The notes under the pieces were generated by a model. That model did not search any database and was not told where the DNA came from. It saw only the letters and a list, made by a program, of their open reading frames with translations. Positions 1-10,319 of a stretch of DNA of 64,000 nucleotides are shown one piece after another (positions within the stretch are counted from its first letter, which is position 1; each line of letters begins with the position of its first letter). Where the stretch lies: positions 50,986-114,985 of the forward strand of contig CAZGQR010000002.1 of assembly GCA_964527765.1 (NCBI GenBank), read 5' to 3'. Source of the stretch: an uncultured Planctomycetia bacterium. Lineage in GTDB: Bacteria; Omnitrophota; Gorgyraeia; Tantalellales; Tantalellaceae. Made by a program: the position numbers and the translations under genes.

Positions 1-774
1 CATGGAGGCCACCAGACCGATCGATATCAATATCAGCGGGAAACTCATCGCGGTGAGAGGGTTTACCATCACGGCCCCTATAGCCATCGTTGCTATTACA
101 GAACCGACATAGGATTCGAAAAGGTCCGCTCCCATCCCGGCCGTGTCCCCGACATTGTCACCTACATTATCCGCTATGACCCCGGGATTTCGCGGATCGT
201 CTTCCGGGATACCGGCTTCGACCTTGCCGACAAGATCGGAACCCATATCCGCGGCTTTAGTGTAAATACCGCCGCCCACGCGCGCGAAAAGAGCTATGGA
301 GCTGGCGCCGAGGGCAAAACCGGTTATGATCGAAGTTTCCTTGGTGATCACGTACCATATGCCCACGCCCATAACACCCAGGGCGGCGACGGTTATGCCC
401 ATGACGGATCCGCCCTTGAAGGCGACATTAAGCGCTTCGGCGGGGCCGGAAGTCCTGGCAGCTTCGCAGGTCCTCGCGCCGGATCTGGTAGATGCCTTCA
501 TTCCGATAAAGCCGGCCAGCATCGAACAGAAAGCGCCGGAGACATATGCTATGGCCGTATAAAGAGAAAGGAACCTTGCTATTACGATGAACAGTATTGC
601 CATGAAAATGAGGATTATACGGTATTCATTCCTCAGGAAGACCATCGCGCCTTTATGGACTTCGTGAGAGATGTCGCGCATTTTTTCAAGACCTTCCGGT
701 CTTCGCAGGACCGTCATGAACGTTACTACGGCGAACAGGATACCGGCAAACCCGAGTACGGGAATAATTATCAT
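1..774 (-). CDS. hppA: Membrane-bound Na+/H+-translocating pyrophosphatase (N-terminal part, runs off window start)
   Basis: Not in ORF track; manual translation from ATG at 774 (RBS AAGGAG upstream) gives MIIIPVLGFAG... and the signature GGGIYTKAADMGSDLVGKVEAGIPEDDPRNPGVIADNVGDNVGD. Confidence 0.95.
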   Translation of the reverse strand, partial: MIIIPVLGFAGILFAVVTFMTVLRRPEGLEKMRDISHEVHKGAMVFLRNEYRIILIFMAILFIVIARFLSLYTAIAYVSGAFCSMLAGFIGMKASTRSGARTCEAARTSGPAEALNVAFKGGSVMGITVAALGVMGVGIWYVITKETSIITGFALGASSIALFARVGGGIYTKAADMGSDLVGKVEAGIPEDDPRNPGVIADNVGDNVGDTAGMGADLFESYVGSVIATMAIGAVMVNPLTAMSFPLILISIGLVASM

Positions 775-797
775 AGATCACTCCTTATTTTACAGGA

Positions 798-1172
798 TCA
801 TCCGACGCTTTTCTTGACGTACTTCAAGATCTCATCGGGCCATATGAACTTCGAAAGGACCTTATCCGCTCCTTCTTTCTTTGCCTGTTCGATGAGCTCA
901 TTGGATATAAAAGCGGTAAGCATGAATATAACAACGTCCGCTTTAACTTCCTTTATGCGTTTTAAAAGTTCCACACCGTTCATTTGCGGCATTTTGTAGT
1001 CGATAATGATAAGATCAAAATCCCCCTTTTTTACCATTTCCAGGGCTTGGAGGGGGTCGGTGGTGTAACTGACGTTGTAGTTGGAATCCAGCGTCAGAAC
1101 GTCCGACAGGGACTCACACATGTCCCTGTCATCGTCCACGAGCAATATTTTTGCTTTGGTCTTCTTGTTCAT
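798..1172 (-). CDS. Single-domain response regulator (REC)
   Basis: ILLVDDD, IIDYKMPQMNG, MLTA receiver motifs. Confidence 0.92.
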   Translation of the reverse strand: MNKKTKAKILLVDDDRDMCESLSDVLTLDSNYNVSYTTDPLQALEMVKKGDFDLIIIDYKMPQMNGVELLKRIKEVKADVVIFMLTAFISNELIEQAKKEGADKVLSKFIWPDEILKYVKKSVG

Positions 1173-2950
1173 CTTGGCAGAATTTTTGAGGAAGGCAGTT
1201 TTATGATAAAACAGGTGCCTTTTTCGCTTGTCTCCTCCAGGTAGAGGTGGCCGCCGTTCGCCTCTATTATGGATTTGGAAATAGGCAGCCCCAGCCCCGT
1301 GCCCGTTATTTTGGAGCTGTAAAACAGGTTGAATATCTTTGTCTGGACGCTTTCCATTATCCCGTGGCCCGTATCGCAGATGCGGATGCAGACTTTTGAG
1401 TCGTCGTCGGACGGGAACACCTTTATTATCAGTTTGCCCTTGCTCCCCATGGCCTGTATCGAATTAAGGACCAGGTTCCGCAGCACGCTGTAAAGCTGGT
1501 GGAAATCCATGAACACCATCAGGGCTTCTTCTTTCTCAAAGGAGACTTCTCTTTCTATGCTTTCCGGTGTATCCATGTCCTTGAGGACCGCTTCTATGCA
1601 TTCTTTCACCGAAACGGTCGAGGCCATTTCCGCTTTTACGCGGGAGTAACTGAGGATACTTTCAAGGATGTTACTGGAAAGCTTTATTTTATCTTCCAGC
1701 ATCCGCAGCCTTTTTTCGAACAGTTCCCTGTTTTCGCTGCCTTCTTTACGCAGAAGGAATACGGAATTGTTTATAATGCTGAGCGGGGTCCTGAGCTCAT
1801 GCGCGATCTGCCCGGCCAGTTTTCCCAGCACCGCCAGTTTGTCTTTTTCGACCATCTTCTGGCTCATGATCTGTATCTGCCGGGTTTTCATTTTCACGGT
1901 GGCGTTCAACGATGTCACCCACAAGAGCCCCATCAATACCAGCATTATGCCCGTGATCCCCCCGATGATCATGGCGACCATTTTCCAGGGGAAGGCTTCT
2001 ACAAGGTACAGCCCGAACCACTTTCTTCTGAGCCTGTCCAGTGTACCGTTTTTATCAAGTGTCGTTATGCCCCGGTTGATCTCTTTCAAGAGGGCCGTCT
2101 CGTTTTTTCTCACGGCCAGCGCGTATTTATAAGCCTGGCCTACCGGGGGGCCGACGATCTTGATATTTTTGATCTTTTTCTGCTGGATATAGAACAGGGC
2201 CACGTCTTTTTCCGCTATGACGGCCGTGACTTCTTTGTTTTTCAGCTTGGAGAGAGCTTCAAAGACCGATTCGGTTTCAAGCAGTTTTATGCGCTCGTCT
2301 TTTTGCAGTTCGTTTATGATGAGGCAGCTTTTACACACACCTACGACCGTGCCCCTGAGCGATTTTACGGAATTGACGTAACGGTTGGTCGTTTCAACGA
2401 ATATGGCAAAATCGATCTCCGCCACCGGCTCCGAATAGTCCATGTATCTTTCGCGTTCCTTGTAAACAGGGGCGCCTATGAGCCCGTTGATATGCCCCGC
2501 TCTCAGCTCCGACAGGCATTTTTCCCAGGGCATCAATTTTATGGTGATGTCTTTGTTGATGGTGGCGGAAAGTATCTTTACGAGGTCGATGGAATAACCG
2601 GTAGGTTCCTCCTCAACTACGGTAACGGTGACCAGTTCCTGGCGGGCATCCAGCGCCGAAAGGGTCTGTTCGGGGAAGTAAGAGTACGGAGCGAACTTGG
2701 CATTTCCCGCGAATACAACGGTCTTTTTCCTGATCCCCGGCTCTCTCGTGGCCTCCGTCAATTCACGCGCCTTTTCGCGTGTCATCCGCGCCTTTTCCTG
2801 GGCCTCTTTCTTTGCTTCTATTTCCATCTGCCACCCGGGTGTCGTTTTTTCTCCGGGGTTCCCCTCGGCCGCTATCTCCGGGGGCGCAATAAAGCCGGCG
2901 GAAACGACGATAACCGTCAGTAGTATGAACAGGGACAAAAACTTCCGCAT
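1169..2950 (-). CDS. Sensor histidine kinase with periplasmic amino-acid-binding (PBPb) domain
   Basis: Signal peptide, PBPb-like region (FAPYSY..GYSIDL), TM helix, H-box IAHELRTPL, N/G boxes NLVLNSIQA, DTGHG, GTGLGL. Confidence 0.92.
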   Translation of the reverse strand: MRKFLSLFILLTVIVVSAGFIAPPEIAAEGNPGEKTTPGWQMEIEAKKEAQEKARMTREKARELTEATREPGIRKKTVVFAGNAKFAPYSYFPEQTLSALDARQELVTVTVVEEEPTGYSIDLVKILSATINKDITIKLMPWEKCLSELRAGHINGLIGAPVYKERERYMDYSEPVAEIDFAIFVETTNRYVNSVKSLRGTVVGVCKSCLIINELQKDERIKLLETESVFEALSKLKNKEVTAVIAEKDVALFYIQQKKIKNIKIVGPPVGQAYKYALAVRKNETALLKEINRGITTLDKNGTLDRLRRKWFGLYLVEAFPWKMVAMIIGGITGIMLVLMGLLWVTSLNATVKMKTRQIQIMSQKMVEKDKLAVLGKLAGQIAHELRTPLSIINNSVFLLRKEGSENRELFEKRLRMLEDKIKLSSNILESILSYSRVKAEMASTVSVKECIEAVLKDMDTPESIEREVSFEKEEALMVFMDFHQLYSVLRNLVLNSIQAMGSKGKLIIKVFPSDDDSKVCIRICDTGHGIMESVQTKIFNLFYSSKITGTGLGLPISKSIIEANGGHLYLEETSEKGTCFIIKLPSSKILPR

Positions 2951-3203
2951 ATTTAACCAGCTGTTTCTTTTATGAATTAAGGTATTTTTGAGAATATTGG
3001 CCGTTCGTATTACTCATAATTATATATTGCCGACCGGTGTTATGCAAGCCCCATTAATCATGCGGGTTGAGTTGCTCTTGTCAGGGGGAAATGCTACAAT
3101 AGGCGGAACAGGCGCGGGCAGGATAAGTAAAGATTTCACTTATTGGCGCATGGATGTTAAAATAAGTTCTGGCAGATATCCGCAATCGTTTGTTGGGAAG
3201 AAT

Positions 3204-4145
3204 ATGGTGAACGAGAACGCGTTAAAAGCTGTATTTAGAGGTTCATTGAAGCTCCGGCCCACGGAATCCTGCCTCGTAGTTACCGACACGGCCAAAGAAG
3301 CTATAGGTCGCGCCTTTTATGAATACGCCTGCCGCATAACTCCACGGGCCAGGATCGTTGTGATGGATCCGACGAAAGAGCACGGCGTCGAACCGCCGCA
3401 GGATGTCAGCCGGGAAATGCTGCGGCACGACGTCCAGATACTGGTGACGGATAAGTCCCTGACCCATACCCGCGCCAGGAGGGAAGCTACCGCAAAAGGG
3501 GCCAGGATAGCAACGATGCCGTCCATAACCGAGGATATCGCGAACAGGTGCCTTGATATCGATTACAACGCGCTTAAGAAAGAATCAACCCGTATTTACG
3601 ACATACTGAGAAAGACCCTGAAGGTGCGCGTGGTCACGGAATTAGGGACGGATATCACGTTTACGGTCGGGGCGAGCGAATTTTTCGGCAAAGAGGGCGG
3701 GGCGTTTGATTATCCCGGGGCTTTCGGGAATCTGCCGGAGGGAGAGATATCCTTCGGGCCCGACACATGCGAGGGGGTGTATGTTGTCGATGCGTCATTT
3801 CCGGACCTGGGGCTTCTAGAATCTCCTCTTACGTTCAGTGTAACCGGATGCAGGGTTCGTGATATCACGGGCGCGCGCGCCCGTGAAGTGATCCGGCGCC
3901 TGGACCGCGTCGGCCCGGGGGCGTACCGGGTGGCGGAACTGGGCATAGGGCTCAATCCCAAGGCGAAGGTGATCGGAAACATCCTGGAGGACGAAAAGGT
4001 CATAGGGACGGCGCATATAGCCGTCGGGAACAACCTTTCCTACGGCGGGGATAACGACGTTCCGCTGCATCTGGACGGGGTGATCACCGGACCGGACATT
4101 TACGCGGACGGCAAAAAGTTGATGGAAAAAGGAAGATTTGTCTGA
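3204..4145 (+). CDS. M29-like (thermophilic metalloprotease) aminopeptidase
   Basis: GNLPEGE, AELGIGLNP, EDEKVIGTAHIAVG, PLHLD motifs; start moved from 2988 to ATG 3204. Confidence 0.85.
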   Translation: MVNENALKAVFRGSLKLRPTESCLVVTDTAKEAIGRAFYEYACRITPRARIVVMDPTKEHGVEPPQDVSREMLRHDVQILVTDKSLTHTRARREATAKGARIATMPSITEDIANRCLDIDYNALKKESTRIYDILRKTLKVRVVTELGTDITFTVGASEFFGKEGGAFDYPGAFGNLPEGEISFGPDTCEGVYVVDASFPDLGLLESPLTFSVTGCRVRDITGARAREVIRRLDRVGPGAYRVAELGIGLNPKAKVIGNILEDEKVIGTAHIAVGNNLSYGGDNDVPLHLDGVITGPDIYADGKKLMEKGRFV

Positions 4146-4200
4146 TATTGCCATTCCCGCGGGAGCGGGGATCTATGAAAAAATCAGGGAACGGGAGAAC

Positions 4201-4923
4201 ATGAAAAAAGCGGTCGCTATAATCCTTGCCGGCGGCACCGGCGAGCGCATGAGGGGGACGATACCCAAACAGTTTTTGGAATTGGGCGGCAGGCCCGTTA
4301 TTGCGCGCACGCTCGAGCAGTTCGAAAGGAACGCCTTGATCTCACGTATCGTAGTTGTCTGTCATAAAGATCATGTGGAGGAACTGGAAGGACTTGTAAG
4401 GCAAAACGGGATCAAAAAGGTCTGCACGATCGTCCGGGGAGGGAAGACCAGACAGGAATCCTCCTTTATCGGCGTGAAAAGCTGCCCGCCGGATACGGAA
4501 CTCGTCCTTATCCACGATGCCGTGAGGCCCTTCGTTGATGAAAGGATCATCAAGGATACCCTGTCGGCGGCCGGGAAATCGGGGGCGGCGGGGCCCGTTA
4601 TCGATGCGGCCGATACCATAATCATAAAAAGGGGGGATTTCATCGAGGGTATCCCGGACAGGGAAGACGTTAAAAGGATGCAGACCCCGCAGGGCTTCCG
4701 TTACGGGACGATACTTAAGGCCCACCAGTGGGCCCTGAAGAACGGCATTAAAGACTCCACGGATGATTGCGGCCTGGTCCTGGGCACGGGCGCGCCCGTG
4801 AAAGCGGTGAATGGCTCCGCGAGAAATATCAAGATCACTGACCGGGCTGACATGTTTCTTGCGGAAAGGCTTGTCTCCCCGGGAAAAGGCCGGACAGGGA
4901 AGAAGGGGGATATCGGCGGATGA
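4201..4923 (+). CDS. ispD: IspD/TarI-family cytidylyltransferase
   Basis: ILAGGTGERM..PKQF, GGKTRQES, VLIHDAVRPF, QTPQGF, TDDC, NIKITD. Confidence 0.8.
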   Translation: MKKAVAIILAGGTGERMRGTIPKQFLELGGRPVIARTLEQFERNALISRIVVVCHKDHVEELEGLVRQNGIKKVCTIVRGGKTRQESSFIGVKSCPPDTELVLIHDAVRPFVDERIIKDTLSAAGKSGAAGPVIDAADTIIIKRGDFIEGIPDREDVKRMQTPQGFRYGTILKAHQWALKNGIKDSTDDCGLVLGTGAPVKAVNGSARNIKITDRADMFLAERLVSPGKGRTGKKGDIGG

Positions 4924-6329
4924 AAAGGGACGTAAGCGTCATTCTGGTCTGCCTGATCGTTGTTGTTTTTTTCATTCGTATCGGGAGTTTCAGCAGGGAA
5001 CACAATTTTACCTACGATGAGGTGGTATATTCCACGCTTGCCGCTCAAATAAGCGAAAATCCCGCGAATTACAACACAATGGGGCTTTATCAGCGGGACT
5101 CGCAGAAAGGGCGGGAACTGCCGGAATATTTCAAAGAGCCCCTGTTCAAGCACCCGCCTTTATTTGCGCGGCTCATCACGTTCAGCTACGGGCTGTTCGG
5201 GAGGACATATTTTTCCGCTTTCAAGGTATCGCTGTTCTTCGGGATCCTTTTGATAGCCCTTGCATATCTTTTGGGCTCGGCGCTGTTCGATAACAGGACC
5301 GGCGTGTACGCGGCTTTCCTCATGTCGATAGAACCGGTTATCTGGGTATCCTCACAGAAGATATGGATGGAGACGACGCTTGCCTTTTTCACCGTTTTGT
5401 CGCTTTATCTCTTTGCGCGCTCGATCAAGAAGTATAACCCTTATTTTATGATATCAAGCGGTGTATCCGCGGGGCTTGCCCTTCTTACCAAGTATCCCGG
5501 GATATTGGCTGTGGGGATAATCTTTTTGTATGCCTTGTGCGGTGAACGCTGGCTTTTCAGGAAGAAGACCTTTATTTTCAGCCTGCTCATTCCCTTTGCG
5601 ATGCTCGTGCCGTGGCTGGAATGGAATTACAGGATATACGGAACGGGGCTTTTTACGGCAAACGTGGAAATAGGTCAGATCCTGGGAAAGGTAGATCTTT
5701 TGATGAAGGATTTCTGGGGAATTTTTATCCTCGCAGCTGTAGTGTTAGTGTGTTTAATGGTAGTAAAGAAAAAGTCCCCGGATTTTTATGGGCGGATCTT
5801 GCTGCCTAAATTGAAAGTTTTTGAACGGATATTCATTATCGCCTTATTCTTCGCCGTTATTTTTATATTGCGGGGACATATTATCAACGCTTTGGACCTT
5901 GTTCATGTGCCCAGGGCAGGGTGGGAAATGGGTATGTTCTACAATGAACCCTGGTATTTTTATCTCGGGAGGCTTGCTGAGCTTTCGCCTTTTTACATTT
6001 TTTCTTTCGGCGGCCTGCTTCTCCTCATTTTTGACCGGCGGCATTCAAGGGAGTATTCGTTTCTTTTTCTTGTCTCCGCCGTCATTCTCGCGTTTTATAT
6101 TTTATGGGGGAATTACCAGTGCAGGTATGTCTCTGCCGCGGTGGTGCCCCTGATGGTGCTATCCTCCAAAACGCAATTGTTTATCGCGGATGCTTTCGGC
6201 AGGTTCCGTTCGAAACAGATGAGGTATGTGGCATATGCCTGCGCTTTATTGATCGTGGCGTACGCCGCTCTGAAGACACTGCGGATAGATATCATTTTGG
6301 CTGTTCCGAATAATATCTGTTATTTTTAG
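4920..6329 (+). CDS. ArnT/PMT-family (GT-C fold) membrane glycosyltransferase
   Basis: Multi-TM; YDEVVY, KHPPL, LTKYPG motifs. Confidence 0.8.
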   Translation: MKRDVSVILVCLIVVVFFIRIGSFSREHNFTYDEVVYSTLAAQISENPANYNTMGLYQRDSQKGRELPEYFKEPLFKHPPLFARLITFSYGLFGRTYFSAFKVSLFFGILLIALAYLLGSALFDNRTGVYAAFLMSIEPVIWVSSQKIWMETTLAFFTVLSLYLFARSIKKYNPYFMISSGVSAGLALLTKYPGILAVGIIFLYALCGERWLFRKKTFIFSLLIPFAMLVPWLEWNYRIYGTGLFTANVEIGQILGKVDLLMKDFWGIFILAAVVLVCLMVVKKKSPDFYGRILLPKLKVFERIFIIALFFAVIFILRGHIINALDLVHVPRAGWEMGMFYNEPWYFYLGRLAELSPFYIFSFGGLLLLIFDRRHSREYSFLFLVSAVILAFYILWGNYQCRYVSAAVVPLMVLSSKTQLFIADAFGRFRSKQMRYVAYACALLIVAYAALKTLRIDIILAVPNNICYF

Positions 6330-6341
6330 CTGAATCACAAG

Positions 6342-7814
6342 ATGATCATAACTCCTTTTGGCAGAAAGGTCGTAAGAGGCGGCGCGTGGGTCTTTGTGAC
6401 GCGTGCCCTTGTTCAATTAATCGCTTTCGTACGTACTATTGTTTTAGCCCGGCTTCTCGCCCCCAATGATTTCGGCCTTTTCGGCATAGCGCTTTTAATG
6501 CTGTCGATGTTCAGCGCCTTTTCGCAGACCGGATTTCGCCAGGCGTTGATCCAGAAAAAGGAAAATACGGATCTTTACTTAAATACAGCCTGGACGCTCG
6601 GCGTAATAAGAGGCGGGTTAATCGCTATTGTGCTTTTTTTCGGAGCGCCTTACGTGTCGGTTTTTTTCGAGGCCCCGGCTGCCGCGCCTATCCTGCGGAT
6701 TATAGGGCTGGCCATTATCTTGGAAGGTTTGACCAATGTTGCTGTTGTGTATTTTGAGAAGGAACTCCAGTTCCATAAGTATTTTGTTTATCAGCTAACC
6801 GGTGTGATTGTCGACCTGACCGTGGCCGTCAGCGCCGCTTTTATTCTTCGCAGCGCCTGGGCGCTTATTTTCGGTTATCTGGCCGGCGCACTGACAAGAT
6901 GCGTCATCTCATACGTGATCGATCCGTACCGCCCGAAAATAAGTTTTGAGATCGACAGGGCAAAAGAGCTTTTCGGCTTCGGTAAATGGGTCCTCGGGTC
7001 AAGCATATTGGCTTTTCTGATCCTGCACGGTGATGATATCTTCGTGGGCAGACTATTGGGAGCAACAGCTCTGGGTCTTTATCAAATGGCTTACCTTATT
7101 TCCAATCTGCCGGCTACGGAAATAACCAACATAGTTGCCCAGGTCACGTTCCCGGCTTATTCAAAAATGCAGGATGATATACCAAGGTTGAGAGATAATT
7201 ACTGGAAGATCCTCAATATTACGACGTTTTTGTCCTTTCCCGCGACGGGCTTGATATTCGTGCTGGCGCCGGATTTCACGAGAATATTTTTAGGGGAAAA
7301 GTGGATGCCCATGGTACCCGCGATACAGGTGCTGGTGTGGTGGGGAGGCATAAGGTCGATGACAGGGGTGAACGGGTCGCTGTTCCGGGCCGTTAAAAAA
7401 CCGGACATCGCCACCAAGCTGAGCGGCCTGAGGTTGCTTATTCTGGTCATTCTGATTTATCCACTGATTGTTAGACTGGGAATAGTGGGAGCGTCTTTGG
7501 CCGTACTCGTATCCTCGGTAGCGGTAATACCGGCTTCAGTCTGGATTGTCGCTAAGGATGTTCTGAAAAGTGGAAAAAGCTTTATTCTCAAGGCAGCGTT
7601 TATTCCTTTTCTCAGCACCATTACCGTAATTTTGCTGGGCTCTTTTTTTATACCGCATAAACTTTCCGTTCCCGGTTTCTTGTCATTTGCTCTCGCAATG
7701 ATGGTCGGTTATGTTTTGCTGGCTTATGCGCTCGATAAGATCTTAAAACACGGGATGTGGGTTAATTTGAGGTTCCTGTTGTTGCATATGATAAGGCGGG
7801 AAGATGAAACTTGA
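6342..7814 (+). CDS. wzx: Wzx/WzxC-type polysaccharide flippase
   Basis: LARLLAPNDFGLF, LGLYQMAY, FPAYSKMQ, GEKW motifs; multi-TM. Confidence 0.9.
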   Translation: MIITPFGRKVVRGGAWVFVTRALVQLIAFVRTIVLARLLAPNDFGLFGIALLMLSMFSAFSQTGFRQALIQKKENTDLYLNTAWTLGVIRGGLIAIVLFFGAPYVSVFFEAPAAAPILRIIGLAIILEGLTNVAVVYFEKELQFHKYFVYQLTGVIVDLTVAVSAAFILRSAWALIFGYLAGALTRCVISYVIDPYRPKISFEIDRAKELFGFGKWVLGSSILAFLILHGDDIFVGRLLGATALGLYQMAYLISNLPATEITNIVAQVTFPAYSKMQDDIPRLRDNYWKILNITTFLSFPATGLIFVLAPDFTRIFLGEKWMPMVPAIQVLVWWGGIRSMTGVNGSLFRAVKKPDIATKLSGLRLLILVILIYPLIVRLGIVGASLAVLVSSVAVIPASVWIVAKDVLKSGKSFILKAAFIPFLSTITVILLGSFFIPHKLSVPGFLSFALAMMVGYVLLAYALDKILKHGMWVNLRFLLLHMIRREDET

Positions 7815-8631
7815 TCGCCCGATTTTTATTGTCGGACACGCGCGGGGAGGCACTACGCTCCTCGCGGCGATAATTAACTGGCATTCTCAGGTCGGCCCTC
7901 GACACAGGAGCCTGGGCGAATTTAATGATATAAACGGTTTTCTCGCTTCGATCCTGGGTTCGCGCAAACATCTTGATTATTCGGAATATCTGGAGAAAAA
8001 AGAAGTGTGGTTTGATTATTTTCCGGGAAAAGATGTTTTTACCCATATGGGAAGAGAATTAATAGTTGAGGAACTGGTTCTTGATGATGCGCAGATCGAT
8101 GAATTAGTATCACGGCTGATAGTTGATTTCCGCCAGGAGCGCTTTTTATGCAAAGCCCCCACAAATTCTTTCCGGGTGAAAGTGATCCCGAAGATATTTC
8201 CCGGCGCAAAGGTGATCGCTGTGTACAGGGACGGTCCCTCTGTTGTCAGCTCCTGGGGGCAAAGGTCCTATGGTTTCGGCAAACCCGTTTTTTGGGGAAA
8301 AGAAAGACATATAAGACTTGGGTATAGGACAGGCATCAAAATATTCGCAAGGAAATGGAATGAGACCCTGGAATATCTGGAGTCTTGCAGGGAGCAAATG
8401 GGATTCATGGCTGTGCGGTATAGCGATCTGGTTGAAAACACATCAGAAACGCTGGAAAAGCTGATGAATTATCTGGAGCTGCCCGTCGAGGATTATATTT
8501 ACCGGGTAAAGCTGAAGAACCGCAATCCTCAGTGGAAAGAGAAGGTCCCCCGGCGATATCACAGGTTTTTGCTCGAAGAGACCGAAAAGGGAAGAAAATT
8601 TTTAGAGGCAATCGGAGAGAATGATACGTAA
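7804..8631 (+). CDS. Sulfotransferase family protein
   Basis: PIFIVGHARGGTTLL PAPS-binding loop, KAP, RDG..VVSS, VRYSDLV. Confidence 0.85.
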   Translation: MKLDRPIFIVGHARGGTTLLAAIINWHSQVGPRHRSLGEFNDINGFLASILGSRKHLDYSEYLEKKEVWFDYFPGKDVFTHMGRELIVEELVLDDAQIDELVSRLIVDFRQERFLCKAPTNSFRVKVIPKIFPGAKVIAVYRDGPSVVSSWGQRSYGFGKPVFWGKERHIRLGYRTGIKIFARKWNETLEYLESCREQMGFMAVRYSDLVENTSETLEKLMNYLELPVEDYIYRVKLKNRNPQWKEKVPRRYHRFLLEETEKGRKFLEAIGENDT

Positions 8632-9307
8632 AATAATGCGAAAATTTAAGAACGCCTTTAGATCTGCGGCAAGGGCTTTTTTATGCATTGTATCGCTTGA
8701 ACACGCCGCTAAGGGTGGAGGCGGAAGACAGGCAGCCACGAAATTGGACGGCATAAGAAAGGATCACATAGGCAGATATCTTTTTGCATGCCAGTTCATA
8801 AAAAAGGACGATGTGGTATTAGACTGCGCTTGCGGGACGGGTTACGGGGCTTCGATCCTGGCGAACAGGACCGGAGCGTCAAAGGTCATAGCTGTTGATA
8901 AGGACAAAAAAGCCATAGATTATGCGCGGAAATATTATTCTACCCCCGGGGTAAATTACAGAAGAGAAGACATTTTTATGTTTAATGCTCCAAATGCCTA
9001 TTTTGATGTTATAATTTCACTTGAAACTATTGAGCATTTGGACGGGACCGCTATCATGAAATATTTTCACGATAAGTTAAAGCCCAAAGGCCTGCTTATT
9101 GTTTCCACGCCAAATGAAGAAAAAGTTCCGTTCAATAAAAGAGATTTTCCATTTCATTTGAGGCATTATACTCTCGAAGAATTTTCTGAGCTGTTGATTG
9201 ATAATGGTTTTGCGATAAAAGGCAGATTTACGCAATATAGCCGTGATATGCAAAAAGTTTCCGAGGGATGGGGCGGCTTATACAATATTGCCGTGGCGGA
9301 AAAATAG
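8621..9307 (+). CDS. Class I SAM-dependent methyltransferase
   Basis: HIGRY, VLDCACGTGYG, SLETIEH, STPN motifs typical of glycan-locus methyltransferases. Confidence 0.88.
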   Translation: MIRKIMRKFKNAFRSAARAFLCIVSLEHAAKGGGGRQAATKLDGIRKDHIGRYLFACQFIKKDDVVLDCACGTGYGASILANRTGASKVIAVDKDKKAIDYARKYYSTPGVNYRREDIFMFNAPNAYFDVIISLETIEHLDGTAIMKYFHDKLKPKGLLIVSTPNEEKVPFNKRDFPFHLRHYTLEEFSELLIDNGFAIKGRFTQYSRDMQKVSEGWGGLYNIAVAEK

Positions 9308-9329
9308 AAAAAAAGAAGGCTGATATAAC

Positions 9330-10295
9330 ATGATCTTGAAAAGAGCTAAAAAGATACTCGAGTTCCAGGTCAAAGCGGTTGAAGGCCTGATGAAGAAAAT
9401 GGATAATAATTTCGTCAAAGCGGTCAAGATAATCCTATCCTGTAAAGGCCGGGTGGTCCTTACCGGCATGGGAAAGCCCGGGATCATAGCACAAAAAATA
9501 TCCGCCACTTTTTCCTCGACAGGTATCCCGAGTTTATTCCTGCATCCGGCCGAGGCTGTCCATGGGGATCTTGGCAGGGTCACCAGGGATGACGTTATAG
9601 TTGCTTTGTCGGACAGCGGGGAGACGGAAGAGCTTATAAAACTTATTCCGATCTTAAAGGAGATCGGCGCGAAGATCGTTGCTATCAGCGGCGATCCTAG
9701 ATCGACCTTAGCGAAATATTGTAATTGCCTGCTGGATGTCGGCGTGAAGAAAGAAAAAGGCCTTTTAGGCGTTATACCGAGCGCGGCTACCACAGCTATG
9801 CTGGCGATGGGAGACACCCTTGCCCTTATACTTGTCGAGCAGCGGGGGCTTAAGATCGAGGATTTTGCTTTTTACCATCCGGGAGGCACTATCGGCAAAA
9901 GGTTGCTTAAAGTCAAGGATATCATGCGGAAGGGAGCGACGCATGCTATCGTAAAAGAGAAAGAGCCCGTTAAGGAAGTGCTGCTAAAGATAACAAAAGC
10001 GCGCGCGGGAAGCGCAACTGTCGTTGACAATAAAGGCCGCCTGGCCGGCATTTTCACTGACGGCGATCTAAGGCGCAAGATCGAGATAGACCGGGATCTT
10101 CTGGGTAAAAAAGTTAAAGACGTGATGACAAAAAAACCCGTAACCTTAAGAGAAGAGGACCTGGCTGCGGAAGCGCTGAAGATACTCAGGGAGAAGAAGA
10201 TCGACGAAGCGCCTGTAATTGATAAGAACCGGAAGCCGGTAGGGCTGGTGGATGTCCAGGATCTCCTGAAGGCCGGGATCGTGGAAAACACATAG
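9330..10295 (+). CDS. kpsF: Arabinose-5-phosphate isomerase (KpsF/GutQ/KdsD), SIS + 2 CBS domains
   Basis: TGMGKPG, HPAEAVHGDLG, HPGG, GIFTDGDLRR. Confidence 0.92.
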   Translation: MILKRAKKILEFQVKAVEGLMKKMDNNFVKAVKIILSCKGRVVLTGMGKPGIIAQKISATFSSTGIPSLFLHPAEAVHGDLGRVTRDDVIVALSDSGETEELIKLIPILKEIGAKIVAISGDPRSTLAKYCNCLLDVGVKKEKGLLGVIPSAATTAMLAMGDTLALILVEQRGLKIEDFAFYHPGGTIGKRLLKVKDIMRKGATHAIVKEKEPVKEVLLKITKARAGSATVVDNKGRLAGIFTDGDLRRKIEIDRDLLGKKVKDVMTKKPVTLREEDLAAEALKILREKKIDEAPVIDKNRKPVGLVDVQDLLKAGIVENT

Positions 10296-10319
10296 TTATC
10301 AGAAGAGGAGATTTATCCT

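Noticed and set aside
1499-2923. 474-aa plus-strand ORF
   Set aside because: Antisense shadow of the histidine kinase; no recognisable motifs. The same applies to the many other antisense ORFs (e.g. 30156-31256, 25498-26382, 55214-56098).
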